From: an uncultured Acidimicrobiia bacterium
GTDB lineage: Bacteria > Actinomycetota > Acidimicrobiia > Spongiisociales > UBA5794
Assembly: GCA_963821095.1 (NCBI GenBank)
Contig: CAWGCJ010000023.1
Span: 42,967 to 106,966 of the forward strand
Reading direction: 5' to 3'
Length of the DNA: 64,000 nucleotides
The notes under the pieces are model-generated. The model was not told where the DNA came from. It saw only the letters and a list, made by a program, of their open reading frames with translations, and did not search any database. Below, piece by piece: positions 39,211 through 49,052 of this stretch. Both the position numbers and the translations under genes were made by a program. Position 1 is the first letter of the stretch. Each line of letters starts with the position of its first letter.

Positions 39211-39287
39211 AGGGGTGAATCTCCTTGGAGAGGCGGTGGAAGCTACCAGAACGACGCCGGGTCGGTGGCCTTCCGGCACCCGCCCGG

Positions 39288-39317
39288 CTACGTAAGGAGC
39301 AGACGTCCCTGCGTCAC
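39288..39317 (-). CDS. Putative leuA leader peptide MTQGRLLLT
   Basis: GTG ACG CAG GGA CGT CTG CTC CTT ACG TAG; the GTG overlaps the ilvN TGA; followed by a GC hairpin at 39256-39288. Confidence 0.65.
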   Translation of the reverse strand: MTQGRLLLT

Positions 39318-39823
39318 GCCGACCTCAGCTTGGTCCGACCGGTCTTGCCGGTCTTGGCGTCCTTGGCCATCGCGATGCGGCCGGACTTGACCAGATCGAC
39401 GATCCCGTAGGGCCGCATCAACTCCAGAAAGTCACCGAGCCGATCGGGCGGGCCCGACAGTTCGAACGTGATCGTGGACGATCCGACGTCAACGGCCCGG
39501 GCGTTGAAGATCCCGGCGGCTTCGAGCATCTCCGCCCTGCGTTGGTCGGCGTTCACTCGCAGCAGCATGATCTCGCGTTCGACTCCCTCGCCGGGGACCA
39601 TCTCGGTGACCTTGACAATGTGCACCAGCTTGTACAGCTGCTTGATGATCTGCTCCATCTCGGGGCCGTCGACGACGAGGGTGACGCGAGACATTTCCGG
39701 TTCCGAGGTCGGGCCGACCGCCAGGGAGTGGATGTTGAAGCCGCGGCGGGCGAACATCGACGAGATTCGGGCAAGGACGCCGGGCTTGTTCTCCACCAGC
39801 ACGCTGATCACGTGGTTGTTCAT
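39314..39823 (-). CDS. ilvN: Acetolactate synthase small subunit
   Basis: [40 protein letters not shown]. Confidence 0.96.
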   Translation of the reverse strand: MNNHVISVLVENKPGVLARISSMFARRGFNIHSLAVGPTSEPEMSRVTLVVDGPEMEQIIKQLYKLVHIVKVTEMVPGEGVEREIMLLRVNADQRRAEMLEAAGIFNARAVDVGSSTITFELSGPPDRLGDFLELMRPYGIVDLVKSGRIAMAKDAKTGKTGRTKLRSA

Positions 39824-41556
39824 GCCGGCACCTCGGGGGTCTCGAGGTCGGCGATGGACATCACCACTTGATCGTTGGAACGTCCGGCGGGAATCATCGG
39901 GAACACCATGGCGTCGGGATCACATTTGAACTCGACGACCACCGGCCGGTCGGTGATGGCAAGCGCTTTCTCCAGGGTGGGCGCAACCTCGGACGGCCGT
40001 TCGGCGCGCATCCCGACACAGCCCATTGCCTCGGCCAGCATCACATAGTCGGGGGTGTGGTCGGTCAGGTCGGTGGCGCTGTAGCGCTCGTTATAGAAGA
40101 GGCGCTGCCATTGCCTCACCATGCCGAGGTTGTTGTTGTTCATGACGGCGATCTTCACCGGGATGCCCTCGACCGAGGCGGTGATGAGTTCCTGGAACGT
40201 CATCTGGAAACAGCCGTCACCATCGATTGCGAAGACGGTCTCGTCGGGCTTGGCGACCTGGGCGCCGACCGCAGCGGGCACCGCGTAGCCCATCGTGCCG
40301 AGACCACCTGAGTTGATCCAGGTGTTGGGACGTTCGAATCCCCAGAACTGCGACGCCCACATCTGATGCTGGCCGACGCCGGCGACGATGATCGCGTTGC
40401 CCGCCGTGAGCCGGTGCAGCTCCTCGATGACGTACTGCTGCTGGATCGGGCCGTCGGGGTCCTGCTCGTACTGCAGTGGGAATTCTTCTTGCCAGCGGGC
40501 GAGGGTTTCCATCCACGGGCGCCGGGACGGGGGCGGGCCCCCGTCGAGCGACTTCTCTTCGGCGTCGATGAGTTGGGCCAAGATCGCCTTGGCGTCGCCG
40601 ACGACGGGCACGTCGGCATGTCGGACCTTGCTGATCTCGGCGGGATCGACGTCGGCGTGGATGATCTTGGCGTTGGGGGCAAAGGACGAGACTTGGCCGG
40701 TGACTCGATCGTCGAAGCGGGCGCCGACGGCGACGAGCAAATCGGCTTGCTGCATGGCCGTGATCGCGGTGTAGGTCCCGTGCATCCCCGGCATGCCGAG
40801 ACACAGGCGGTGGGAGTCGGGGATCACGCCTCGTGCCATCAGGGTGGTGACAACCGGCAGGTTGGCCGCTTCGGCGAATGCCACCAGTTCTTCCGAGGCG
40901 CCGGCGCGAAGGATGCCGCCTCCGGCGTAGAGCACGGGGCGCTCCGACGCGTTGATCATCTTGACGGCCGCCTTGATTTGGCGGGGGTGTCCTTTGATCG
41001 AGGGCTTGTAGCCGGGGAGTTTGATCTCGCCGGGGCGGCGCCAGGTCATCGTTGCCGACAGGACGTCCTTCGGGATGTCGACGAGGACGGGGCCGGGGCG
41101 GCCGGTGGCGGCGAGGTGGAATGCCTCCCGGATGACGTCGGGAATCTCATCGGCGTCCGTCAGCAGATAGTTGTGCTTGGTGCACGGCATCGAGATGCCC
41201 CACGTGTGGGCTTCCTGGAACGCATCCATCCCGATGGAGGTCGAGGCCACCTGACCGGTGATGGCGACCACCGGGATCGAGTCCATGTGGGCGTCCTGGA
41301 GTGGGGTGATCAGGTTGGTGGCGCCCGGACCGGATGTGGCCACCATCACGCCAACCTTCCCGCTGGCGTGGGCATACCCCGACGCCATGTGCCCGGCACC
41401 CTGTTCGTGGCGAGCGAGGACGTGTCGGATTGGACTGTCGAGGATCGGGTCGTAGGCAGGCAGGATGGCTCCGCCGGGTACCCCGAACATGACTTCAACG
41501 CCTTCGTGCTCGAGTGCTCTGATGAGAGCCTGGGCTCCGGTGAGGGTCTCGCTCAT
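39820..41556 (-). CDS. ilvB: Acetolactate synthase large subunit
   Basis: [40 protein letters not shown]...[12 protein letters not shown]. Confidence 0.97.
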   Translation of the reverse strand: MSETLTGAQALIRALEHEGVEVMFGVPGGAILPAYDPILDSPIRHVLARHEQGAGHMASGYAHASGKVGVMVATSGPGATNLITPLQDAHMDSIPVVAITGQVASTSIGMDAFQEAHTWGISMPCTKHNYLLTDADEIPDVIREAFHLAATGRPGPVLVDIPKDVLSATMTWRRPGEIKLPGYKPSIKGHPRQIKAAVKMINASERPVLYAGGGILRAGASEELVAFAEAANLPVVTTLMARGVIPDSHRLCLGMPGMHGTYTAITAMQQADLLVAVGARFDDRVTGQVSSFAPNAKIIHADVDPAEISKVRHADVPVVGDAKAILAQLIDAEEKSLDGGPPPSRRPWMETLARWQEEFPLQYEQDPDGPIQQQYVIEELHRLTAGNAIIVAGVGQHQMWASQFWGFERPNTWINSGGLGTMGYAVPAAVGAQVAKPDETVFAIDGDGCFQMTFQELITASVEGIPVKIAVMNNNNLGMVRQWQRLFYNERYSATDLTDHTPDYVMLAEAMGCVGMRAERPSEVAPTLEKALAITDRPVVVEFKCDPDAMVFPMIPAGRSNDQVVMSIADLETPEVPA

Positions 41557-41605
41557 CTCGGTTCTCCTGCGTTGGTCGGTTCGGTGGATGCTTCGGATGC
41601 TTTGG

Positions 41606-41649
41606 TATGGCCGTGTCGTCCCGGATATGGCCGTGTTGCCCCGGATATG
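41606..41649. repeat. Imperfect 20-bp tandem repeat in the ilvB 5' region
   Basis: TATGGCCGTGTCGTCCCGGA / TATGGCCGTGTTGCCCCGGA (18/20) plus a partial TATG. Confidence 0.75.
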
Positions 41650-41672
41650 AAAGAGCCCTCCGGGTGGAGGGC
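41649..41672 (-). terminator. ilvB attenuator terminator
   Basis: GCCCTCC-ACCC-GGAGGGC-TCTTT downstream of the leader peptide. Confidence 0.8.
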
Positions 41673-41707
41673 AGTGGGCACATACGCGTCTGGGACGACG
41701 TATGCGC

Positions 41708-41746
41708 CTAGGTGATAAGTACGAGGAAGGGGGCGTTGGTGGTCAT
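41708..41746 (-). CDS. ilvB operon leader peptide [12 protein letters not shown]
   Basis: ATG ACC ACC AAC GCC CCC TTC CTC GTA CTT ATC ACC TAG with a Leu-Val-Leu-Ile run, then hairpin 41678-41707 and the terminator. Confidence 0.85.
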   Translation of the reverse strand: MTTNAPFLVLIT

Positions 41747-41771
41747 GTGCTCAATCAGTTGTCGGACAGCG

Positions 41772-41799
41772 AGTATGCCACTGTGCAGTCGTGTGTCAA
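41772..41799 (-). promoter_or_regulatory. ilv-leu operon promoter
   Basis: TTGACA - 16 nt - (TGg)CATACT upstream of the leader peptide. Confidence 0.6.
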
Positions 41800-41854
41800 G
41801 CTCCGCCGACGATCATGAATGTGTGTTGCCCGATCGTCCCGCGAAGATGACTCC

Positions 41855-43100
41855 ATGAAGCGATTTCCGATCCCGCTGCAATCGGTACTCGCCGGTGCCA
41901 TCGAGGCCGGGAGGGCTGCGCTACGCGACCTCGATGCTGAAGAGGTCCCCGCCGGACTCAAGCGAGTGGCGGCACACAGCGGAGGCCGGTTGCCGCCGCC
42001 GCTGGCGGTATCGCTGCTCGAAGCAATCGACGACGACGAGTGGCTCCGGGAAAAAGTGTCCGAGAAGCTGGGCGAAGCGGTCGCGCCGGATGACCCCGCC
42101 GCCCTCTTTTTGAATCGCCCGCCGGGTTGGTGGTCGGAACTAGCCATCGCCGGTGCCGCTACGGCCGTTGCCGATGAGGAACGGCGGGCCGGTAAGGCGC
42201 AGCGCCAGATCGAGGATCTGCTGAGCCGGGTTGAGGAATCCAAACGGAAGCTCAAGGATGCGCGGCGCGAGGCGCGGGTCGGCGTGGCCGAACTCAAGGC
42301 TCAGCTCGTTGCCACCCGAAAGCAACTCAAGGCGGCGGAGGCCGCGGCCGGTGGCGACACGGCCAAACTCGAGCAGGCGTTGGCCGACATGGAGCAACGC
42401 CTCGCCGGGGCGGAAGCCGCCAGGGCAGAGGTGCAGGATGTGCTCGCCGAGCAGCGGGTCCAGTTTCGGAGGCTGCGCCGGGGACGGGCGGCAGCCGAAC
42501 GTGAGGCCCGTCGTGGGGGAGCGGCATCGTTCGGCGGCGACGCCATCGACATGGCGCGTACGCTCGACCACATGGCCGCCGGCGTGCGTCCTCCCCGAAG
42601 CCGCATCACGCCGCAGCCCGGCACAGACCGCATCCGCATCAGGCTCGGCTGGCTTGGCCCTGCCGGCGGGGGTTGCCCCCGATTCGCCCGACGCGGTGAC
42701 CTGGCTTGTTGGGTCCGCAGGAGTGTTCTCACTGATCGTCGACGGCTACAACGTGCTGTTCCATCTCGATCGCGGCGATTTCTCAACCGGCCGTGCCCGC
42801 CAACGCCTGGCCCAAGAGCTTGGTCGCTTGAAGCGTGAAGCAGGTACCGCTCGGATAATCGTGGTGTACGACTCGGCGTTGCCGGGCGGGCGGCGGGCTC
42901 GCCCGACCGCCGGTGGCGTCGAGGTGCGGTTTGCCGAAGAGGACCGTCTGGCCGACGAGGAGGTCATCCTGCTTGCCGGCGACTTGACCGGGTCCGTGGT
43001 CGTCGTGAGCAGCGATCGCGAGGTCCGCGAAGGGGCCGAATCTACCGGTGCGCTGGCACTTTGGTCGGAAGCGCTGGTCGGTTGGATCGAAGGGTCCTAG
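41855..43100 (+). CDS. Coiled-coil plus YacP-like NYN domain protein (frameshift ~42640)
   Basis: Coiled coil in one frame; LALPAGVAPDS...LIVDGYNV...VVYD...ADEEV...VVSSDREV in the next. Confidence 0.85.
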
Positions 43101-43194
43101 CCACGACGATTTCTCCCGTATCAGACAGGCCGGCCGCGTATCTTTAACCACAAGCGCCCGGGACAGGCCCGGGCGGATATGTGAGGGAGGGATC

Positions 43195-43698
43195 ATGCGC
43201 AAAGGTAAGCGCTTGACCATCATCGGCGGAATTGTGGTCGGCTTGCTGGCGTTTTCGGCGGTTGCGATAGCAGCGTCGAATTCGTTCCAGAGCAAGGGGA
43301 TCAACAACGTCCGAGTCAAGACGGAGACGAGTGCCTATTCGACGAGTTCGACGAGTTGGGTATCGCTGCCCGGCGCGAGCCTGACCATGAGCATCCCAAA
43401 CGGGAAGCAGAAGCTCTTCATCGCTGAGTTCGACGCTGAGAGCTATTGCCAGGGGGGCACCGGCTGGTGCTCGGTTCGTATCCTGGTTGATGGCAACGAG
43501 ATGCATCCGATCTCGGGCACTGATTTCGCTTTCGACAGCGTTGATACCGACGGGTATGAGAGTCATGCCATGACGAGAACGTACGGCCCGATGGGGCCCG
43601 GTCAGCACACGTTCCAGGTCCAGATGAGGGTGAACAATGCTGCAACGCAGTTCAGGCTCGACGACTGGACGTTCAAGGTGTTCAAGGGCGCCGCCTAG
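43195..43698 (+). CDS. Secreted beta-rich hypothetical protein
   Basis: SD GGGAGG, signal peptide, one Cys pair. Confidence 0.75.
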   Translation: MRKGKRLTIIGGIVVGLLAFSAVAIAASNSFQSKGINNVRVKTETSAYSTSSTSWVSLPGASLTMSIPNGKQKLFIAEFDAESYCQGGTGWCSVRILVDGNEMHPISGTDFAFDSVDTDGYESHAMTRTYGPMGPGQHTFQVQMRVNNAATQFRLDDWTFKVFKGAA

Positions 43699-43757
43699 AG
43701 GACAACACCGGATCACGAGATGATCGGAGCCGCGGCCACAGCCGCGGCTCCGGCGCG

Positions 43758-44789
43758 TCACAGGGCGAGTTCGGCCAGAGTGCGCAGAGTGGTGACGTCG
43801 GTGGTCGAGACGTTCAGCGTTGTGACCCCCGAGTCTCGCCAGGCGGCGAGGCGGTCGCGAACCATGTCCCTGGTTCCGACCAGGCTGACCTCGTCGATGA
43901 GCGCTTCGGGAACCGCGTTGCCGGCCGCAAAAGGCTTGCCGGCGAGGTAGTGGTCCTGGATCTCGGCGGCCGCTTGTTCGAAGCCGTAGCGGCAGGCAAG
44001 GTCGTTGTAGAAGTTGCGCCCTTTTGATCCCATCCCGCCGATGTAGAGCGCCAGACCGGGTCGCACCGAGTTGCGGGCCGCTTCCACGTCGTCGCTGATC
44101 AAGGCGGCCACGGACGGAGCGATGTCGAAGGTTGCAGCCTTGTTCGGGTCGCCTGCGGCGGCAAAACCAGCGGCGATCATGGGCCCGAAGACGGTTCCGG
44201 CCCGTTCGGGCGAGTAGAAGACGGGGAGCCAGCCGTCGGCGATCTCGGCGGTGAGTTGCACGTTCTTGGGCCCGATCGATGCCAGGTAGATCGGCACGGC
44301 ATGCTTCGGGTGGGTGATCATCCGCAGCGGCTTGCCCAACCCCGTGGCGTCGTCACCTCGATATGGGATCTGGTAGTGGTCGCCATCGTGCTCGAGCGGC
44401 TCACGGCGGGCGATCGCGTCCCGCACGATCGAGACGTACTCGCGGGTCTTGCCCAGCGGCTTGCCGTAGGCCACTCCGTGCCAGCCTTCGACCACCTGGG
44501 GGCCGGACAGGCCGAGCCCGAGCAGGAATCTGCCGCCGGACAGCTCGTTGAGGGTGACCGCCGTCATGGCCGTCATCGCCGGCGTGCGGGCCGGCATCTG
44601 CAGGATGGCCGAGCCGGCCTTGATTCGCTCGGTGCGCGCCGCGATCCAGCTGAGCACGGTGACGGCGTCCGAGCCCCAGGCTTCGGCGGCCCACACCGAG
44701 TCGTAGCCGAGCCGCTCGGCTTCGAGCACCAGGTCCATGTCGAGCCCGGCGTTGGCTCCCCAGTAGGCGATGTTGAGTCCAAGCCGCAT
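43758..44789 (-). CDS. LLM class F420-dependent oxidoreductase
   Basis: [48 protein letters not shown]. Confidence 0.93.
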   Translation of the reverse strand: MRLGLNIAYWGANAGLDMDLVLEAERLGYDSVWAAEAWGSDAVTVLSWIAARTERIKAGSAILQMPARTPAMTAMTAVTLNELSGGRFLLGLGLSGPQVVEGWHGVAYGKPLGKTREYVSIVRDAIARREPLEHDGDHYQIPYRGDDATGLGKPLRMITHPKHAVPIYLASIGPKNVQLTAEIADGWLPVFYSPERAGTVFGPMIAAGFAAAGDPNKAATFDIAPSVAALISDDVEAARNSVRPGLALYIGGMGSKGRNFYNDLACRYGFEQAAAEIQDHYLAGKPFAAGNAVPEALIDEVSLVGTRDMVRDRLAAWRDSGVTTLNVSTTDVTTLRTLAELAL

Positions 44790-44820
44790 CCCGAGACCCT
44801 ACCTCGCCGTCATTTTCCCT

Positions 44821-44871
44821 GTTCTGGCGTGGCTGAGGTACCAGAAACCGCGCTTGTCTTCAGGCCAGAAC
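44821..44871. repeat. REP-like inverted repeat GTTCTGGC...GCCAGAAC at the IS insertion site
   Basis: 44821-44828 pairs with 44864-44871. Confidence 0.5.
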
Positions 44872-45001
44872 GGGAAACCCCTCCGTGTCCATGATGGGTG
44901 AGACACTTTCTGGTTTGTGTTGTGAGTGGTGAGGGCGGTGGAAGAGGTGAACCGTTGTGGGAAACAAGCGGGCAGCGATCTATAGGGCCGATACTTGGCA
45001 T

Positions 45002-45397
45002 ATGGATGATGCTGTTGCCAGTGATGGGAGTGGGAGGCCGTTGAGGAATCCGGTGCGCCGGTCGTTCAGTCCGGAATACAAGTTGTCGATCCTCGCCGAG
45101 TACGACAGGGCATCCGAGACCGGCGAGAAGGGCGCCATCTTGCGCAGGGAAGGCCTCTACTCGAGTTTGATCACCGACTGGCGGCGGCAACATCGCCAGG
45201 GCCTGTTGAAAGCCGCTCTCGGGCGGAGCGACGGTGGTCGGGGTGGGCCGAGCCGTTCGGAGGTGGCCAAGCTGCGGGCTGAGAACGAGCGACTGAAGAC
45301 CAAACTGGCCCAGGCCGAGGCGGTGATCACGGTCCAGGGAAAAGTGCACGCGCTCTTGGAGGAGATCTCAAAGAGCGCGGACACCGACGAATCGTGA
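45002..45397 (+). CDS. IS3-family transposase OrfA
   Basis: RRSFSPEYKLSIL...GAILRREGLYSSLITDWR plus zipper; slippery heptamer G GGA AAA at 45337-45343 with the -1 frame open into OrfB. Confidence 0.9.
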   Translation: MDDAVASDGSGRPLRNPVRRSFSPEYKLSILAEYDRASETGEKGAILRREGLYSSLITDWRRQHRQGLLKAALGRSDGGRGGPSRSEVAKLRAENERLKTKLAQAEAVITVQGKVHALLEEISKSADTDES

Positions 45398-46401
45398 CCG
45401 CCATTTTGGACGCCGCAGTCGACGAACTCGCTCCCATCGTTGGGCGTAAACGAGCCTGTGAAGCCCTCGGACGATCTCGTGCCAGCCACTACCGGCAACG
45501 GCAGGGACCCCGGTATGGACCTGCGATACCACGACGCTCGCCTCGGGCCCTGACAGCTACCGAAGCTGAAACCGTGATCGAGACCCTGAACGAAGAACGG
45601 TTCTGCGACAAGGCACCGGCCCAGATATGGGCCACCCTGTTGGACGAAGGCACCTACCTGGCGTCGGTCTCGACCATGTATCGCCTGCTGCGCCAACGTC
45701 ACCAGGTCAGGGAACGTCGAGCCCAGGCTCGCCGCCCGGCGCTGATCAAACCCGAACTGGTCGCGGTTGGCCCCAACGAAGTCTGGAGCTGGGACATCAC
45801 CAAACTCGCCGGCCCCTACAAATGGACCTGGTTCCATCTCTACACGATCCTCGACATCTACTCCCGGTACGTAGTGGGGTGGCTCGTCGCCCCCACAGAA
45901 TCCGCCAAGCTCGCCGAACAACTCATCGCCGACGCCATCTACACCAACGACATCGACCACGACCAGTTGACACTCCACGCCGATCGAGGCAGCTCGATGA
46001 CGTCACGCACCGTCAGTCAACTCCTCGCCGACCTCGGCGTGCTCCAAAGCCATTCCAGACCACACCAGTCCAACGACAACCCCTACTCCGAAGCGCAGTT
46101 CAAGACCCTGAAATACTCACCCACCTTCCCCAAACGGTTCGCCAACATCGCCGCGGCTCGATCATTCTGCGAAACCTTCTTCGAGTACTACAACAACGAA
46201 CACCGCCACTCCGGTATCGGCCTCAACACCCCAGCCAACGTCCACTACGGCCTCGACGACATCATCCGCCAGAAACGCCAAGGAGTGCTCAACGCCGCCT
46301 ACGCCAACCGACCCGACCGCTTCCGAAAACCACCCCAAGCACCCACAGTGCCCCAAGCCACCTGGATCAACCGGCCCGAGAAGGAACCCATCGCCATCTG
46401 A
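45394..46401 (+). CDS. IS3-family transposase OrfB (DDE integrase core)
   Basis: WSWDIT, LDIYSR, LHADRG, NDNPYSEAQFKTLK, YNNEHRHSG. Confidence 0.95.
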   Translation: MTAILDAAVDELAPIVGRKRACEALGRSRASHYRQRQGPRYGPAIPRRSPRALTATEAETVIETLNEERFCDKAPAQIWATLLDEGTYLASVSTMYRLLRQRHQVRERRAQARRPALIKPELVAVGPNEVWSWDITKLAGPYKWTWFHLYTILDIYSRYVVGWLVAPTESAKLAEQLIADAIYTNDIDHDQLTLHADRGSSMTSRTVSQLLADLGVLQSHSRPHQSNDNPYSEAQFKTLKYSPTFPKRFANIAAARSFCETFFEYYNNEHRHSGIGLNTPANVHYGLDDIIRQKRQGVLNAAYANRPDRFRKPPQAPTVPQATWINRPEKEPIAI

Positions 46402-46448
46402 GCAACCCCTGTCTCATTCCCCTTGACACGTTCCGAACGCGGCGTTCT

Positions 46449-46470
46449 TGTCACACCCTTTCCGTACGTT
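46449..46470 (+). promoter_or_regulatory. PafBC/RecA-NDp-like promoter motif
   Basis: TGTCAC-N10-TACGTT versus mycobacterial consensus TGTCGG-N10-TANNNT. Confidence 0.45.
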
Positions 46471-46504
46471 GTGGTGACAGGTGGTAGGACCCAGGAGGGC
46501 AACC

Positions 46505-46711
46505 GTGATCATCGACTGCAATCAGTGCGCCATGCAGCACACCAGCGCCTGCGACGACTGTGTCGTTGCGGTCGTCCTCGGCATGGAGCCGGGCCCACTC
46601 GAACTGAACGGCGACGAGGCTGCCGCGTTGGACCATCTGGCCGACGCCGGGATGGTTGCGCCGCTGCGCCTCGTGTCGAAGTTCGACGGGCGGGAGACGG
46701 CTGCGGGCTGA
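46505..46711 (+). CDS. Small Cys-rich hypothetical protein
   Basis: SD AGGAGG; IIDCNQC...ACDDCVV...LADAGMVAPLRL. Confidence 0.8.
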   Translation: MIIDCNQCAMQHTSACDDCVVAVVLGMEPGPLELNGDEAAALDHLADAGMVAPLRLVSKFDGRETAAG

Positions 46712-46852
46712 GCGGCCGGTGGGGAACGGAAGTCTCGGGGGCCCCCACGGGGGAGCGGCGCGCGGAGTCGCCGCGGTGGGATGGGTCGGCGGGCCGGGCA
46801 TGAGGCGGGGCAAGGGTGGCCTCGTGCTCGGCTCGCTGCGTACCCTGCGTCC

Positions 46853-47956
46853 ATGGAGTTGCCCGATCGTATCCGCCGCGGCGCCGATGAGGCGGGAGTA
46901 GCCGGCTTTGGCATCTGTGATGCCGAACCCTTCACGTCCACGGCCGACGCCATCGGCCGGCGGGTCGCCGCCGGGATGCACGCCGGGATGCGTTTCACTT
47001 TTGGCGATCCGTCGCGGGCCACCGACATCAGGGCCTCGTTCCCGTGGGCGCAGCGATTGGTAGTGGTCGCTTGGAGCTACCTGCCCGAGGCCGGCAGTCC
47101 CGGATCGGCCGAACCGGGCACCGCCCGCATTGCGCGTTTCGCCACCAAGAATCACTACGACGGGCTGCGCCGGGTGCTGACCGAGATCGCCACGGTGCTG
47201 CGGGTAGACGGCCATCAGGCGGAGCCGATCGCCGATGACAATCGGCTGGTCGACCGGGCTGCCGCCGTGCGGGCCGGAGTCGGATGGTGGGGCAAGAACA
47301 CCATGGTGCTGGCCCCGGGAGTGGGGCCCTGGCTGCTGCTCGGCAGCGTGGTCACCGATGCCGACCTCCCTGTTTCTGAGCCGATGGTGCGCGACTGCGG
47401 TACCTGCGCAGCCTGCCTGCCTGCTTGTCCCACGGGGGCGTTGGTGTCCCCGGGAGTTCTCGATGCCCGGCTCTGTCTTGCCTATTGGCTCCAGGGCCCG
47501 GGCGTCATCCCGTACGACCTGCGCCGGGCGATGGACGACCGCATCTACGGCTGTGACGACTGTCTCGAGGCATGTCCGCCGGGTGGTCGTCTGCTGACCA
47601 GCTCCACCGAGGCGCAGGGACGCACCAACCTGCTGGAGCTACTTGGTAGCGATGACGCCGCCCTGCTCGATCGTTACGGCCACTGGTACATCCCGCGGCG
47701 TCAGCCCCGCTACCTGCGACGCAATGCCTTGATTGCGCTCGGCAATACCGGTGGTCCCGAGGCTCCCGAAGTTGCCTCAGGCTTCCTCTCGCATCCCGAC
47801 TGGTTGTTGCGCGCCCATGCGGCGTGGGCGGTCGGCGAGCTCGGAAGCGACTTGGCCCGGGAGGTACTCGATGCCGCCGCCGCAGGCGAGACCCATCCAG
47901 AGGTCTGCCTCGAGATCGACCTGGCTCGGGAGGTGGCGGCGGCGGGTCTACGCTGA
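46853..47956 (+). CDS. queG: Epoxyqueuosine reductase
   Basis: AGVGWWGKN, CGTCAACLPACPTGA, LDARLC, YGCDDCLEACP, RNALIALGN HEAT repeat. Confidence 0.93.
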   Translation: MELPDRIRRGADEAGVAGFGICDAEPFTSTADAIGRRVAAGMHAGMRFTFGDPSRATDIRASFPWAQRLVVVAWSYLPEAGSPGSAEPGTARIARFATKNHYDGLRRVLTEIATVLRVDGHQAEPIADDNRLVDRAAAVRAGVGWWGKNTMVLAPGVGPWLLLGSVVTDADLPVSEPMVRDCGTCAACLPACPTGALVSPGVLDARLCLAYWLQGPGVIPYDLRRAMDDRIYGCDDCLEACPPGGRLLTSSTEAQGRTNLLELLGSDDAALLDRYGHWYIPRRQPRYLRRNALIALGNTGGPEAPEVASGFLSHPDWLLRAHAAWAVGELGSDLAREVLDAAAAGETHPEVCLEIDLAREVAAAGLR

Positions 47957-47994
47957 CGCCCCATGACGAGTTTCACGATCATTGGGACGCGTTG

Positions 47995-48297
47995 ATGGTG
48001 CCGATCTACGCCCTTGCCACCGGCGTCGGCGTGGTCGCGCTACTCGCCTGGATTGGGCTGACGGTGTTCGCCAACACCGTTGCAGGGCGTCAATCGCTGG
48101 ACCCGGAGCAACGCTTCGGGCCGACCGGACGCGTGGCGGTGGCCGCGGTGTTCGGGTTTGGGCTGGCCGGCATGTCCGCTTCATTCGCCGGTTGGCAATG
48201 GTTGGCGGCTCTCGCCGCGGCGTTGGCCGGCGCCATTGGGGCTGGCCTCGTGGCGCAGTTCCTCGGCCCCGAGTCGGAAGGGAGCGTTGCCCGCTGA
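47995..48297 (+). CDS. Small membrane protein
   Basis: Three hydrophobic segments; stop overlaps the next ATG. Confidence 0.6.
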   Translation: MVPIYALATGVGVVALLAWIGLTVFANTVAGRQSLDPEQRFGPTGRVAVAAVFGFGLAGMSASFAGWQWLAALAAALAGAIGAGLVAQFLGPESEGSVAR

Positions 48298-49052
48298 TGC
48301 TGCTGGTCGCCGATGTGCACGGAGCCGTCGCTGCATTGCGCCGGGTGGCCGCCTCAGGCGAGCCGCTGCTGGTCCTCGGCGACCTGGTCAACTTCATCGA
48401 CTATCGGACCAATCAAGGGATCCTCACCGACGTTGCCGGCCGGCCCTTTGTTGAAGAGATGGTGCGTCTCCGCACCAACGGCCACATGAAGGACGCCGCC
48501 GAACTCTGGGCTGAGATGGCCCGGGGACGCGAGGCGGAGTTGCGCGGCCGGTTCGACGAACTGATCCAACTGGCCTACGAAGACGTCTGTGGTGCGCTGG
48601 ACGGCGCGGAGTCGTACGTCACGTACGGCAACGTCGACCAACCGACCGTGCTGGCCGAGACCCTGCCGCCCGGATCGCGCTTTGTCGACGGCGAGGTGGT
48701 CGAGATCGGCGGACTTCGGGTCGGGTTCGCCGGTGGGGGTGTGCCCCGGCTGAACACCCCCGGCGAGGTGTCTGATGAAGCAATGGCAGCCAAGCTGGCC
48801 TCGCTCGGGTCTGTCGACATCCTGTGCACCCACGTTGCGCCGGCCATTCCCGCCCTGGCCCGCGACGTGGTCGGCGGCAAGGAGAAGGGTTCGGCGGCCG
48901 TGTTGGACTATCTGCTCCGGGTGCAGCCTCCGTTCCACTACTTCGGTGATATCCACCAGCCACAGGCGGTCGCGTGGAGAGTGGGCGACACGCGATGCCG
49001 CAACGTCGGCTACTTCCGTGCGACGGGTAGGGCGGTGCGTCACGAACCGTGA
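48297..49052 (+). CDS. Metallophosphoesterase
   Basis: ADVHG, LGDLVN, YGNVD, LCTH, FGDIHQP, NVGYF. Confidence 0.9.
   Translation: MLLVADVHGAVAALRRVAASGEPLLVLGDLVNFIDYRTNQGILTDVAGRPFVEEMVRLRTNGHMKDAAELWAEMARGREAELRGRFDELIQLAYEDVCGALDGAESYVTYGNVDQPTVLAETLPPGSRFVDGEVVEIGGLRVGFAGGGVPRLNTPGEVSDEAMAAKLASLGSVDILCTHVAPAIPALARDVVGGKEKGSAAVLDYLLRVQPPFHYFGDIHQPQAVAWRVGDTRCRNVGYFRATGRAVRHEP

Larger units (their letters stand above)
44873..46434 (+). mobile_element. IS3-family insertion sequence, 1562 bp, with 5-bp flanking direct repeat GAACG
   Basis: GAACG at 44868-44872 and 46435-46439; ends GGAAAC.../...GTTCC; subterminal imperfect inverted repeat CGTGTC..TGAGACA / TGTCTCA..GACACG. Confidence 0.85.

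Noticed and set aside
46712-46840. G-rich spacer before queG as a G-quadruplex or preQ1 riboswitch
   Set aside because: No preQ1 motif or A-rich tail, queG appears leaderless, and G runs are expected at this GC content.
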